The translations under genes and the position numbers were made by a program. Shown piece after piece: positions 13,236-26,299 of a DNA stretch of 64,000 nucleotides. Source of the DNA: Isurus oxyrinchus (lineage: Eukaryota); assembly GCA_026770705.1 (NCBI GenBank), contig JANJGN010000041.1, positions 5,146,001 to 5,210,000 of the forward strand. Direction: 5' to 3'. The number at the start of each line of letters is the position of its first letter. Position 1 is the first letter of the stretch. The notes beneath the pieces were generated by a model. That model saw only the letters and a program-made list of their open reading frames with translations. It was not told the DNA's origin and ran no database searches.

Positions 13236-16200
13236 CTGGCTCTCTCATTCTCTTGTTCTTTCGTTCGCATGCTCCATTTGTCATTCGCATGCTCCATTTG
13301 TCATTCTCATGCTCCATTTGTCACACACACTGTCTAGCTCTCTCTCTCGCGTACAACTCTCTCTTCAATCTATCCATTTGAATGTGTGTCAATCTGTGCA
13401 TCTATGTGTCTGTCTAACTGTCTGTACGTCTGTCTGTCTAATCATCTTGATGATTAATTCTCTCGGCCCTTCGACATGTGCGTGCACTGCAAAAAAAAAC
13501 TGTCAGTGTGATATCACGTGTGAGATTAGATCAAGTCCATCCTTCTACAATCGATTGCCAAATTCAGCATAAAATGTCTGTTCAGGCGGAATAAATTATC
13601 TTTCCCCATGATTCCTTGTCCTGAAGGCGCTTCTCTCTGTTCTCCACAAATATTGAAATCATTGGTAGATTCCTCCATTTGGTTCTGCTGAATGTTTGTT
13701 ATTTTGTTCATAATCATGTTTTCAAATGTATCGTTTCATATGGTGGGGATATGGTTAGATGGGCCACAAGTTATTGCACGATCCAAATTGCCATTGAAAA
13801 TATGGAGGTGCCCTACCTTCCTGAAATTGTATATTTCTACTGATTGACGTCAGTAGCATTCCCTCAGTACCAAGAATGAAGTCCTTCCGGCTCAGTGTGA
13901 TTTCAGATGAAGCAGTAGTCCAATGGTGGACCTACATGTTCATCCGCCATGGGAGAAGTTTTCAGCACTCACGAGTGGAAGTCAAAGGCCCAGGTTGCTT
14001 CACTTTTACTTGCTGTGCCTCGGCCTTTCCACCACTCTTTTGAGTCGCTGAGTCTCGAAGCAGTTTTAGATTTGATGGACCGCATTGTGCCAGGCCGAAA
14101 GTCTGGGAGCATTCTCCTCCCGCTCCTTGGAGATAAGTCCCCCGTGCTTTAGGGACACCTGGAGAGTAGCCTTGAACCTTTCTCTTTGGCCACCCTTCGG
14201 ACGAGAAATGCTTAGTGGCAGAGGTATGTATGGTAAGGCATCCCTTTATTGACACATGTACCCGATGACCACCACATATCTGCTGCATTTTTGCACGAAT
14301 TTGACTGGGGGCCAACACAGCTTTGCCCCGGTCCTCAATCCTCCATCCCACAGGGCTTTTCGCCTGAAGCAGGCCTGTGAACACCATATTTTAATAGCAG
14401 CATTCCGGTGACTAGGGTGTATGCTTCATATGGTGCATGCACAACACGTTGCTTTTAAAACGGTGGCCTCAGGACCCAATTTACTGGGATCCAGCTTGCA
14501 ATCTCTGAGTTTGGCTTTGAGATTTCTGACATTCTGTGGCGGTGCTTCCCTTACTGACTGAGTGTGGGTTTTGGTACGTAGGCATTATCTAGATAAACCA
14601 CAAGACCTACCCAGGGGACTGAGGCTCGATTGAATATATTTACAATGTCAGGAATGCTGCACTTTACAAGATTATCGGTTTTCCAAATTTTGTCTTGCCA
14701 ACAGCCTTTGGAAATGGTTCACGGGCAGTGAAGTTGGAAAGTTTTCATTAGCTTTCTATGAGGCCGAATGGTTATGCAAGTCTCGCACTGATATGGAAGT
14801 GATATAAACAACAAGGCCTGGCAGGCCTTGATCTTCCATCTGAGGGAAAACCCATGTTTTCTTTGCCGAAATCAGTGAGTGAAGCCTGCCAACCACCGAG
14901 CTTGTTTTTGCCAGGTGCTGGTAATTTGCCCATCCAGGTTGTGACCTTGGATTGCATGCTGACAAGTTAGCAAACCTTCTGTACTGAAAAGAGGGGTGCA
15001 TTGGTCAAAGTGGCTGTGGTGTCTTGGAGCACGAGAGCAGCAGTGGTTTGATACAGCGTCTGTATCCTCAAATATATTGTTAATCGTAAACAATTTGATT
15101 TTGCAGCAAGGCACTCAGCATGCACCTGAATGTCTCCGGATCCTGAACTATGAGTGTACATTCGTCCACAAATAAGACTTCCCTCTGTTGCTTTCCAATA
15201 ACCTCTGTGCAAGGATTTAATTTTGGCCTTTGAAAAGGCTGCCTATTGTCCTGAAATGCTTGTGTAATCCTGTTTCAAGCTGCTTGAGCGCATACTTGGA
15301 AAATGACCGACACATATATGACAAAAAGTGCTGGAGCCATTAAGCAGTCTTATTTGGCGCCACAAGTAAACAAGAAATAGTTTCACACAGACAAACCATT
15401 TTGCATCGCTCTGATCATGACGCCATCACCAAATTGTGAATGACACTGATCATCTGTTCAGGGCTGTCGCATATTTATGGATGAGTTGGATAGTTTATTG
15501 ACCAATAAGGGAGACTAGGGACATGAGGATATAATTGTGTGTTGTGAGAGAGATGGCGGAGGGGGCCGGTGTACGGCGCTGGTTGGGGTAACAGAGGCAG
15601 GACAGCAGTGCTGAGGCTCTGATCAGATAAGCCATGAGCCTTCCGATTTGCAGAACAGGTTCAAGGGGCCGAATGACCTACTGAACTTAACTATTCTGTT
15701 TTTGGTGCTTGTTTGAAATGCAACCCACACCAAAGTCGGAGGGGCCATCGAACGGATTCATCATAATCAGTGCATCCATCTGCTAATGATTGTCTGCAGA
15801 AGGGATTTGAGGGCCAAGAGTTAATTGTTAAGCATGGAACACCCTCACAGCGATGTACTCCATATATCCCATTATATTATTCAAAAAAAGTTTTTCATTC
15901 AGGTAAAGCGTCACTCTGGATGGAGTATGTGAATGGGTGAGCAGAAGGATTGCATGGCATGGGGAATCGTTACTGAGGGTGTATGGGGTTGGATTGTCTT
16001 GAACGCATTATCTTGAAATATTTCAGTTGAGAAAACAAAAGCCTTGTCCATACACTTTCTATTACACATCAGGTCACGAGCAACTCCGACCTTCTGGGTC
16101 CTCCAGTTGCATTTATAATTTCCAGGCAGAATGATGTAAATGTAGGTGCAACAACACAGAATGTAGGTCAAGTCACTGACGGAAATGTAATTTCCAGAGG

Positions 16201-17405
16201 AATCCACGGAAATATCTGGGCAGCGTATTCGTCCCCTCTGGAAGATGAAATGACAATATATCAGACATGTGCTCTGTTGGAACATAGAATGTGTCCCGAA
16301 ACACAAAACAGTGATAAACGTCTGAAATTTCCCCACTTCTTTTTCTGACAGTTCAGGCCGATTGAATTTCCTCGATTCATTTTGATCTAAATCAGTAACG
16401 ATTTGATACCCAATATCGCTCTGCGTGTTAATCATTTCCAGCCGCACCTATCCACTATGGGACCTACCCGTGCTCTTTAAAATATAGCCCCTTCCATTGT
16501 ATAGACCGCAAACTTCATTCCAATGTTGGCCGTTTCACTTCGAAATGGTGTCTTTCAGAAGGAGAATGACTGACGTAAACTGTTTGTTCAATGACTGAAA
16601 CTAATTGATTTCTTTTGGGGACATGAATGCGCTCATGGGGATTTATCTGCTGCCTATATAACAGTTTCTCTGAATGTCACATTTCATGTTTTCCAAAAGG
16701 CTCGGTGTGTCTGTTTCTACAGGAGTTAGCGCTTCTTCCCAAGGATACAATTTGCTCTACTTCATCAGGTATGGGCCATTTACAAACCCATTCTTGAAGT
16801 TCTCATTTTCCAATGAACGTTTATTAACATGCTCTCGGACTAACAATGTGAATTTCTGTCCTTCTTTAGTTTCATGAATGAGGGTAACGCTTGCAAGGCC
16901 TGTATTGCCCATCTCTAATTCTACTTGTGAAGTGGGTGTTGAGCTGCTGCGATCTTTGTGGTGTAGTTACATCCACGTTCTTATTCGGGGGGGGGGATCC
17001 ATTAACTTGACATGGAGACAGTAAAGGAATGGCAATAGTTTTCCAAACCAGGGCATTGAGTGGCTTGGAGAGGGACGATCAGCGAGCGGCGTTCCCATGT
17101 TCATGTTCCCTTTGCCTTTCTAGATCATTGCAGCTGTGTGTATGATTAGTTAAATAAAGGGCTTCATGTTCGCCAAATGTAACAGCTTTTCTCTGTTCAC
17201 TGCTACGATTGCTGTCGTGCCTGTTTTACCCTGTTACTCCAGATTAATTAACGTGGCATCTCCTCCCGAATCTCCTGTGATTTTAACGTGATTCTCTTAT
17301 TTTTCTGAACTGAATTTAAAGAAGAAGAGGGTTTCTACGTTTCAACTCAGACATTCATACCATATTCTGCATCGATCTCTGCAGGAAAGACATCTCCTCA
17401 TAAAG

Positions 17406-17475
17406 ATGGGAGAACTGATACTGCACCAGATAGAAGCCATTTACTATCCTATTCTCGCGGCCATTGGTGTTCCTG
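17406..17475 (+). CDS. GPCR coding exon 1, distal duplicate (MGELILHQIEAIYYPILAAIGVP)
   Basis: Same exon and donor as 19128-19197 except codon 17, which is CTC (Leu) rather than GTC (Val). Also in frame with exon 2 (intron 9641 bp). Confidence 0.75.
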
Positions 17476-18054
17476 GTAAGAGCATAAATACTACCATTAC
17501 CGGTATAGATGCATGTTGCTGTTTTTTTCTAACGCTGGTTCCAATAATATGACGTCGTTTCTTTACTGCTGGGGAGTCATCAAAGCATTGATATATGTTT
17601 AACCATAACGATAACAGATTTCTTCCTGCTGCTTTACTTTATACTCGGTGGTATCCACTGCTGATAACCTATTATTGCTTTATGGAATGTTATGTCACAG
17701 GGTGGGCTCTGCAATAATTATCATCATCAAGCACAAACCGAATTTCAACTTTTAGAAAATACAATCTCTGAAAATCTGTGCAGGAGAAAATTTGTATTCT
17801 GCAAAATTCTGCTTGAAATACTTGAACCTTTTGTTCATGATTTTCATCAATTTTCCAATATTTAGTGGAACAGAATCCCTGAAGAAAACATATGCTTATT
17901 ACCACAGCGATCCTTTTGCAAATCTGTATGCAGAAAGGATATCGGGAAGTCTGGCTGAAACACATTACCGTGTGTGCTGAATACAATCCGATTGTCTATT
18001 GAAATACATTCATTTCTGCAGCCTCATTTATTGACCACCTCAATAAATTTACAT

Positions 18055-18415
18055 GAATTGTAGTCACTTAAGTAATGAAAAAGATGACAGGCAATTTTTG
18101 TTCCGGAAGCTTCCACAAGCAGCAAGTTGATAATGACCAGATGATCCTTTTTTGTGCTTTAGCAGAGGTTTAAATAGTGGTCATGACGCAAGGGGCTATG
18201 ACAATGTTGTTCAGCGAAATAGTGGCATGGAATCTTTGACGTTTACCCTGTGAATCGAATTGACATCTGTTCTGAAAGTTATTACATCCAATATTGCAGA
18301 ACTACTTCACTACGGCAATGGATAATTAGCCAAGAATTTTGATCTCAAGAACTTACGCCGGACTTAAGTAATCAAACATCTATCTCAGCACGTGGTTTGC
18401 TAACTGAGACATAAG
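18055..18415 (-). mobile_element. Deu-domain SINE (SacSINE1-like), decayed
   Basis: ccacaagcagcaagttgataatgaccagat..gaaatagtggcatggaatcttt..gctaactgag follows the reverse-strand Deu-SINE layout as I recall it. Confidence 0.65.
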
Positions 18416-19127
18416 TGGTCCGATTTCGGAAGACCTACGCTCCCCGAGTAGAGATCTGGTTCTCATTATTCTGCTCATTTCAATTTCTAGCCCTGCACTT
18501 CCTGCTGTTGAAAACGCTGCTTGAAAATCTAACTGAATTACACTGAGAATTGGAGTGGAGTGATAGTAAGAATTGTCGGACTGCCCTGTGGCTTTGGGAA
18601 ACTCACATTGTCACGATACATGGCCTGTATTGCCCATCTCTAATTCTACTTGTGAAGTGGGTGTTGAGCTGCTGCGATATTTGTGGTGTAGTTACATCCA
18701 CGTTCTTATTCGGGGGGGATCCATTAACTTGACATGGAGACAGTAAAGGAATGGCAATAGTTTTCCAAACCAGGGCATTGAGTGGCTTGGAGAGGGACGA
18801 TCAGCGAGCGGCGTTCCCATGTTCATGTTCCCTTTGCCTTTCTAGATCATTGCAGCTGTGTGTATGATTAGTTAAATAAAGGGCTTCATGTTCGCCATAT
18901 GTAACAGCTTTTCTCTGTTCACTGCTACGATTGCTGTCGTGCCTGTTTTACCCTGTTACTCCAGATTAATTAACGTGGCATCTCCTCCCGAATCTCCTGT
19001 GATTTTAACGTGATTCTCTTATTTTCCTGAACTGAATTTAAAGAAGAAGAGGGTTTCTACGTTTCAACTCAGACATTCATACCATATTCTGCATCGATCT
19101 CTGCAGGAAAGACATCTCCTCATAAAG

Positions 19128-19197
19128 ATGGGAGAACTGATACTGCACCAGATAGAAGCCATTTACTATCCTATTGTCGCGGCCATTGGTGTTCCTG
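19128..19197 (+). CDS. GPCR coding exon 1, proximal copy (MGELILHQIEAIYYPIVAAIGVP)
   Basis: ATG at 19128, 23 codons + 1 nt, then donor G|GTAAGA. The phase-1 join G+TT AAT gives ..GVP-V-N-VVAIV, completing TM1 in frame with exon 2 (335 aa; intron 7919 bp). Confidence 0.85.
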
Positions 19198-19776
19198 GTA
19201 AGAGCATAAATACTACCATTACCGGTATAGATGCATGTTGCTGTTTTTTTCTAACGCTGGTTCCAATAACATGACGTCGTTTCTTTACTGCTGGGGAGTC
19301 ATCAAAGCATTGATATATGTTTAACCATAACGATAACAGATTTCTTCCTGCTGCTTTACTTTATACTCGGTGGTATCCACTGCTGATAACCTATTATTGC
19401 TTTATGGAATGTTATGTCACAGGGTGGGCTCTGCAATAATTATCATCATCAAGCACAAACCGAATTTCAACTTTTAGAAAATACAATCTCTGAAAATCTG
19501 TGCAGGAGAAAATTTGTATTCTGCAAAATTCTGCTTGAAATACTTGAACCTTTTGTTCATGATTTTCATCAATTTTCCAATATTTAGTGGAACAGAATCC
19601 CTGAAGAAAACATATGCTTATTACCACAGCGATCCTTTTGCAAATCTGTATGCAGAAAGGATATCGGGAAGTCTGGCTGAAACACATTACCGTGTGTGCT
19701 GAATACAATCCGATTGTCTATTGAAATACATTCATTTTTGCAGCCTCATTTATTGACCACCTCAATAAATTTACAT

Positions 19777-20136
19777 GAATTGTAGTCACTTAAGTAATGA
19801 AAAAGATGACAGGCAATTTTTGTTCCGGAAGCTTCCACAAGCAGCAAGTTGATAATGACCAGATGATCCTTTTTTGTGCTTTAGCAGAGGTTTAAATAGT
19901 GGTCATGACGCAAGGGGCTATGACAATGTTGTTCAGCAAAATAGTGGCATGGAATCTTTGACGTTTACCCTGTGAACGAATTGACATCTGTTCTGAAAGT
20001 TATTACATCCAATATTGCAGAACTACTTCACTACGGCAATGGATAATTAGCCAAGAATTTTGATCTCAAGAACTTACGCCGGACTTAAGTAATCAAACAT
20101 CTATCTCAGCACGTGGTTTGCTAACTGAGGCATAAG
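19777..20136 (-). mobile_element. Deu-domain SINE, duplicate copy
   Basis: Copy of 18055-18415 within the tandem duplication. Confidence 0.65.
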
Positions 20137-20367
20137 TGGTCCGATTTCGGAAGACCTACGCTCCCCGAGTAGAGATCTGGTTCTCATTATTCTGCTCATT
20201 TCAATTTCTAGCCTTGCACTTCCTGCTGTTGAAAACGCTGCTTCAAAATCTAACTGAATTACACTGAGAATTGGAGTGGAGTGATAGTAAGAATTGTCGG
20301 ACTGCCCTGTGGCTTTGGGAAACTCACATTGTCACGATACATGGTGGCCCGGACAGAGGGCCAGAGG

Positions 20368-20870
20368 AGCATAGGAAATACGAGTAGAAGTCAACAATTT
20401 GGCAGCACGAGGGTTCTCCACTGCTCAAGTATATCATGGCTGAAATTATGCCTCCACGATATTCCATGCACTCTTTCATACCTTTGTGTGCATTAAATAT
20501 TTAGAATGCGGTTCATCAGCACTTTCAAAATATTCAATGACTGCCCGTCAGCCGAGGTTGCCGTATATAAGTTCGAACATTTAACCTTACCTGAGTGATG
20601 AAATTCTTCCTCATCTCAGTTCCAAATTGCAGACCTTTTATTCTGATATTGCTTTTCCTGGTTTTAGACACACCCACTAGATGAAACATCCATTAAAGAT
20701 CTACACCGCTGAAACTTATAAGAATGGTGAATGCTTCAGAGAGATCACTTCTGATTGGTAAAAGCTCCAGAAAGCAGATGAGTCTCGTCAATGTCTCCAC
20801 ACAGGATAACACCAGTTAAGTACCAGTACCCAAGAAGTATTCTGTTTAACATTCCTTATCGCAGAGCTAG
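20368..20870 (-). mobile_element. CR1 LINE 3' end fragment
   Basis: cataggaaatacgagtagaagt..tgagtgatgaaattcttcctcatctcagt resembles the 3' ends at 57840 and 59275. Confidence 0.7.
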
Positions 20871-21779
20871 AACAACAACTAATGAAATCTACACCAAAGG
20901 AGTAAAGTAGAATGTTTGAAAGCACCACAAACATCACCATAAAGAATCCACATGAAAATTACAAAGTTGGTTATACGCTGGGCTTTGGTTACAATTTGTG
21001 GCTGTGCACAAATCAGCTCCAGCTGATGGTCCACAGTCCCTCGTAAATGCAGATTTTTTAGTTCTTTATCAAGGTGAATCCTACCCCATTTAGCACAATG
21101 GTTGCATCACAAAATTGCGGTGGATGGAAGCCCCGATATGAGGGCGGAATTAATCTGTACGAGGACCATGCCCAGGTCAATCTAATCAAGCATTGAATAG
21201 ACAGATGGACATTTAGTGGGCAGGTTGGTGGAGCAAATTCAATAAGCTTTTTGCACCTGGTTCTTTCCCTGACCACCTGCCAAAGACCCTGTCTAGCACT
21301 TAACTTTATGACTCTGCAAGCTCGGTCATTAGTGGAGCTACCAATCCTTTCGTGCTCACAGACAACGAGGTCCCCGACGTAACTCACTTTTTTTTTTCTT
21401 GTCACTCCCCAAAACGTCGGCCATTAATGATCATTAATTCATCCGCTGAGGGGAACGGTAGGTGGTCACCAGGAGAGGACATTCATTGCCCATGTGATGT
21501 CATGAGATTTCATGTAATTACCACGTGCTCTGAAATGGTGCACACTGAAAGTGTTGCAACATGGTGCTTAGGAAAGCAGTAATGCAATTGAGCACAAGAA
21601 ATTGGATGGTTGATTCAACTTTTACATAAGATTATTTTACTCAGATGTTTGCTGATGATTGATAAGAACTTTAAAAGCGGTAAGTGGAATTATTCAGTTA
21701 GGGATAAAAAGCTTGATTCATTAAGTTTAAGAATATTTGCAAATCAAGAAGTCTTCTTTGTCCAGGATTAAGTCAATAT

Positions 21780-22720
21780 CCTTGAAGTCTCTTGGAGCGT
21801 AAATCATCTGGACAGGTGTAGCTTATCCCATCACACTCCTGATTTGTGTATATCAGATGGAGGAAAGGTATTGTAGAGTAAGGAGTTTCATTGCTCAACA
21901 TAGTAAGCTCAGATTCTGACCAGCCCTTTTAGTCGCAATTTCTTGTCAATGGTTTTTCCAAGGATGTTGAAAATGGGGCCTGAAGCCTCTACATCAGCCT
22001 ACTTCTTCAGTCATTCCTTCAATTCAAGTGCTGAGAATCGCATTGTATAAAGACTGGCATCTGGGATGCTTGTCATCCATAGGAGGAGATCGGGATAGCT
22101 CATCCACCCGTTACTTCAGGGTGAATGTGGCTGCAAGTTCTACAGCCATGTATATGCAGTGGTTCGCTGCACTCCACAGTCATTGCCGATGGGGATATTG
22201 GTGGAAGCAGACCAAAAGTGAGGTGCAGAACTTTCCACGACCATTCAAGTCTTGTGTGACAGGACTTCAGAGCTGAGCTATCGTTATTTGCTAGGAGGAT
22301 GATGGAGCTCTGTCTCTCTCATGCTGAATACGCTGTTTTGCCTGCAAGTAGCCCTGTCTTACAATTCACCCGGTTAAGCCCTGTAGTTAGGTATGATCGC
22401 TGCTGATGTGGACATATGACAGATGTTGACAAAGTTCCTTCATTTGTGCATTTGACCTCGAAAGCCTGGAAGGATTAGTGCAGAAGTGGCATGGGAACAC
22501 TCTTCGTTACAAAATCCTTTCCAAGTCACACACCAAGCTGACTTGGAGAGACATAATATTTCCCTGACTGTCACTGGATCTAAAACCTGGAAATCCACCG
22601 CTCGAAGCATTGTGTCTGCACCAGCTTGACATGGACTGCAACATTAGAAAACCTTATTTTCAACGGGGATTCGTGAAAATGGAAGTAAAAGTGCAATTCT
22701 TGTCAATGTATCCAAAGAAA
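21780..22720. mobile_element. HER1-type LINE fragments (minus 21780-22420; plus tail 22470-22720)
   Basis: Tail ccaagtcacacaccaagctgacttgga..tcactggatctaaaacctggaa..catggactgca is shared with the other copies in the window. Confidence 0.6.
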
Positions 22721-22931
22721 AGAAAATGTTGCATGATGACGAATCTATGACTATTGATAGCCTTTTTGTATTGAAATGACGGCCCTGGCTGCTTCTTCCG
22801 TTCCCACTCAACAAAGATTATCTACAAAATCAATGTTTAAATACAAATTATATCCGGAGTACACTGGCCCCTAACTGAGAACGTATATTTTGATTTCAGT
22901 CCTCAATATTAAATCTTAAACCAGAAGGATT

Positions 22932-23637
22932 GCCTGGAATTTTCGTCCACACATCGCCCCCTCGCGTCCCAAGCCCCAAATTCCCCACTCTCCAACAGCC
23001 ATCGCCCACAAAAATGCTGAATCCGCGCAAAGAACATTGACTTGCATCGTGTATGATGACGTCACGTACTTGAATCTCCCAGATGCAGCTGGAGAACAGG
23101 CGGGCCCACCTTTTCCAAGTTAGTAATTAGCAAGTTATTGAGCTTGTGTATGACACAATCGTATGTTTTTTTTCATTGGTGCTCTGCACTTACCGTGGCC
23201 CAGAGGAAAGAGAAAAAAATATTTCTGGGCAGCTACCATCAGGCGAGAATCGCGAGGAAGACAGGTTATGCCTCCGGGACCATGATTGAATGTAGCAACG
23301 GCTTGTGCTGGTGAAGCCTTCATGTTTACTTTTCAGGTTTTTATTTCTTGCCTGAGCTTTCAGGGAAAATTATTTTTTGAAAATCAGTTTCTGAGAGCAA
23401 GTGATCTTGACCTTGCAGCCATACCGACATGCTGCTTACAGTATTACTCTCTGCCACATGCTGTTCAGGCTTTCACTGCCGATTGGACGTGTCCCCACTT
23501 TGCATCACTCAATGCCTCCTCCACGTGGGAATTTAATGAATTGCGGAGCGGGAGATGGTCTAAGGGAGGGTGAGTAGGAAAGGGCTAATTTTGCATTTCT
23601 CCAATCTCATGCTGCCCCCAAATGTAAAATCCAGACC
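22932..23637. mobile_element. Non-autonomous DNA transposon (MITE, Harbinger-like TIRs)
   Basis: Imperfect terminal inverted repeats gcctggaattttcg ... gtaaaatccagacc around ~700 bp of non-coding sequence. Confidence 0.5.
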
Positions 23638-24544
23638 GCTCTCTACTTATTGTATTGTTTCTTAATGATCTTAAATAACGTTTAGCGGTTTGAACATGCG
23701 CCGGAAGATTTCCGTCACTTCTCTAGAGTAACTGTTGCTGTCGAGCCTGCAGCAATGTGCCATACACACAAACACACTTCAGTGGATCACACTCGGAGTA
23801 GTGTTCGCCACAGCATTCACAAATTCACTGAAATGAATTAATCCTTAATGATCTGTTTTGAATGCAAAATATGCCATAGAAAATTGTTGTTTTGTTCTTA
23901 AATTGCGAATATAACATTGCTGTTAAAGTGCTATGGATTTGGGACCGTGGAGGAAACTCCATTGCTCTGTCGTTCTTCACACTCAGGTAACGAGTCTGCA
24001 GTAACGACACCAAGAGGCCCATGAACTGAAGTGCACTGCACCTGCTCCAGGTTCCTTTTCCTAAACACCAAAGCAATAACAGGTCAGAAGCAGATTGCAG
24101 TTGCAGAGAGCAATGGGTCCTTCTGTCGCGTTTATACATGTTGATTTCTCTAATTTATTTATCAGGGAATAATGTTCATAATATATTTGATGACGGTATT
24201 CTTAATTTGCTAGCTAAATAGTTGATAATGGATTGAATAGGTCACTATTTCTTCAGTTGATCATTGAATGGTTCATTTCTGGGGCATTTCAACGTTCAAT
24301 TCGGAGGAATATTCTGGGAATATACTGATAATTTATTGAATAATAGTTTTGATAATTAATTTGTTCAAACATTGGCTGCTTAATTACACAATTGTTTAAA
24401 TTACTGTATTTTTTAAGCCCTTTCCTTATTTACAGTGCTGGCCAGTAGAGTTTCAAGTGCTGATAATTTGACTAAGAATCTTTGTATAATTCACAATAGT
24501 GCACGGATAATTATGCCTCTCAGTTTAAATGCACGTCATTATAG

Positions 24545-24546
<2 letters not shown>

Positions 24547-24604
<58 letters not shown>
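24547..24604. repeat. (AT)n microsatellite in the GPCR intron
   Basis: Perfect AT run of about 29 units. Confidence 0.98.
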
Positions 24605-24607
<3 letters not shown>

Positions 24608-26299
24608 GTTTGATCAAATAATAATAGGTATTGGGTAAATGAAGGTCAATTTTAATTTTTAACAATTACTTCAAGCTGCAATTGTGTCAAAAAAGCTTTG
24701 ATTAATAATGCTTCCATCTTTTCCAGTGTATCCTACATGGTCAACAGAAACTCAAACCTTAATTTTTTATCAATTGCCTGGCGTTTTCAGTGTTGTTTTT
24801 GAATTTCTTTGACAGCTCCGTTAAGGCAATGACTGTTTGCTGCTTGCATTCGAGTTAGAAAACTGTGAATCGAAGGTTGCCAAGTGGGCTGTGTATTTAA
24901 CGCAAATAGGTTTTTTTTGTTTGTGTGGTCAAAGCTTGCCAACTTACAATCTGATCCAAAAATGTAAAGACGCTGTTTATCTTTATCCGACTAATTTGTT
25001 TTTCATCATTCAACGTTCATCTGAATCATTAACCAACAACTTACTGAAATAATATGATCCAAAATGTTACTTCACCACCCCGTTAACAGACATTCAATGC
25101 ATTGTTTTTCAATAAGTTCAAGTTTGCGAAAACTCTCCGTTCAGTCTGCACCATGTTGCATAGCCATGAAACCAGTTGGTACTTGAAGTAACTCTCTACC
25201 TACTCGTCCCATTATTTTGAGAATGTGCATTTTCCATTCCCTATTCTGTGCCTCACGAATCTGACCAGAGATTTCAGTTGGAAGGCGATTCAGCACCATT
25301 GTCACAGCCATGTCATCCTATCCTATAGCATCACCACCTGAACTACAACGAAAATTTCAGCAGCGATCCGATTTCCTACTTGCGATAATAATTCAGGCTA
25401 GTGTTATTTACCTTGCTTTAAAATGCAGGAATTAATTTAGTAAATGTGCGCATCAAGTTGTTACATATCTGGCAGCTAAAAATTAGATTCACTTAGAAAA
25501 TCTATTCTTCAAAATTCAAGTGGACCTTTACTAAGTAAACAACAGAAATCGTAATGCAATCTGTGAGTCACGTCAATTTCGCTTGAATTGTATAAATCAT
25601 TTAATTTAATCCGTATAAATGTCTGTCTGAAGTTAATCTTCTGCAGAATAATGCACCATTGAATATCTTGGCCTATTCCCTAAAAAGGATCCTGCATTTT
25701 GAAAAAAAAAGCGATATGGATTTTAACAAATAAGGCAACCGTTTTATGAGCCTGCCCAATCTGAAATGAATTCAAACATGGGGCTGGTAGGAGTTAGGTG
25801 TTTATCGTCACGTATTCGACAATTTGTAATTTCATTTTTCTGAACATCTATTAGTCTACAGAATCAAATCGATGTGCCCTTCACTGTCAATCGTTATCCC
25901 GCACTTTGTGCCCAGCAAAAATCAATTTTCAGCTTCACATTTAAAATCACTTCACACGGATGCTGTGCTTGGGACGCAAGCGTCTCCCTCCTGACCTTTC
26001 AGCAACTAAGTGATTTGTTTTGCAGCCGATCAATTATTGGGAACTCTGTCCTGTCTACTTGGAAGCAAAACACTAGTTATGACGTCGCTAGGATCACATC
26101 TCCGAATGGCTCAGTAACTTTGCTTTGCAAGAAATGTGCCCCTATGGCCAATAAATATTGCACACTCAATCTGATAGCAAAGCCACCCTTCCCAATCAGC
26201 AATTAAAATGCCCTCTTTTTCAGTACTGAATGCACCCAATCTGCGTAGCAATGTTGTTTTACTCATTCTGCAATAAATTAGCGATGCATTCACATGAAA

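Larger units (their letters stand above)
16897..20342 (+). repeat. Direct tandem duplication of ~1.72 kb (16897-18621 / 18622-20342)
   Basis: Both copies begin ggcctgtattgcccatctc and end tcacgatacat. About ten substitutions and a G-run length difference seen by eye. The ORF track shows identical ORFs 1722 bp apart. Confidence 0.97.

Noticed and set aside
12256-13381. Long ORFs rich in YLSI repeats
   Set aside because: Translation of a (TCTA)n microsatellite and an N gap.
15340-15375. TGGCGCC on the minus strand as a tRNA-Lys primer-binding site for the LTR element
   Set aside because: The match is only 7 nt and no adjacent 5' LTR copy was found.
17690-19708. Two identical 98-aa and 62-aa ORF pairs
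   Set aside because: By-products of the tandem duplication, with non-ATG starts and no protein features.
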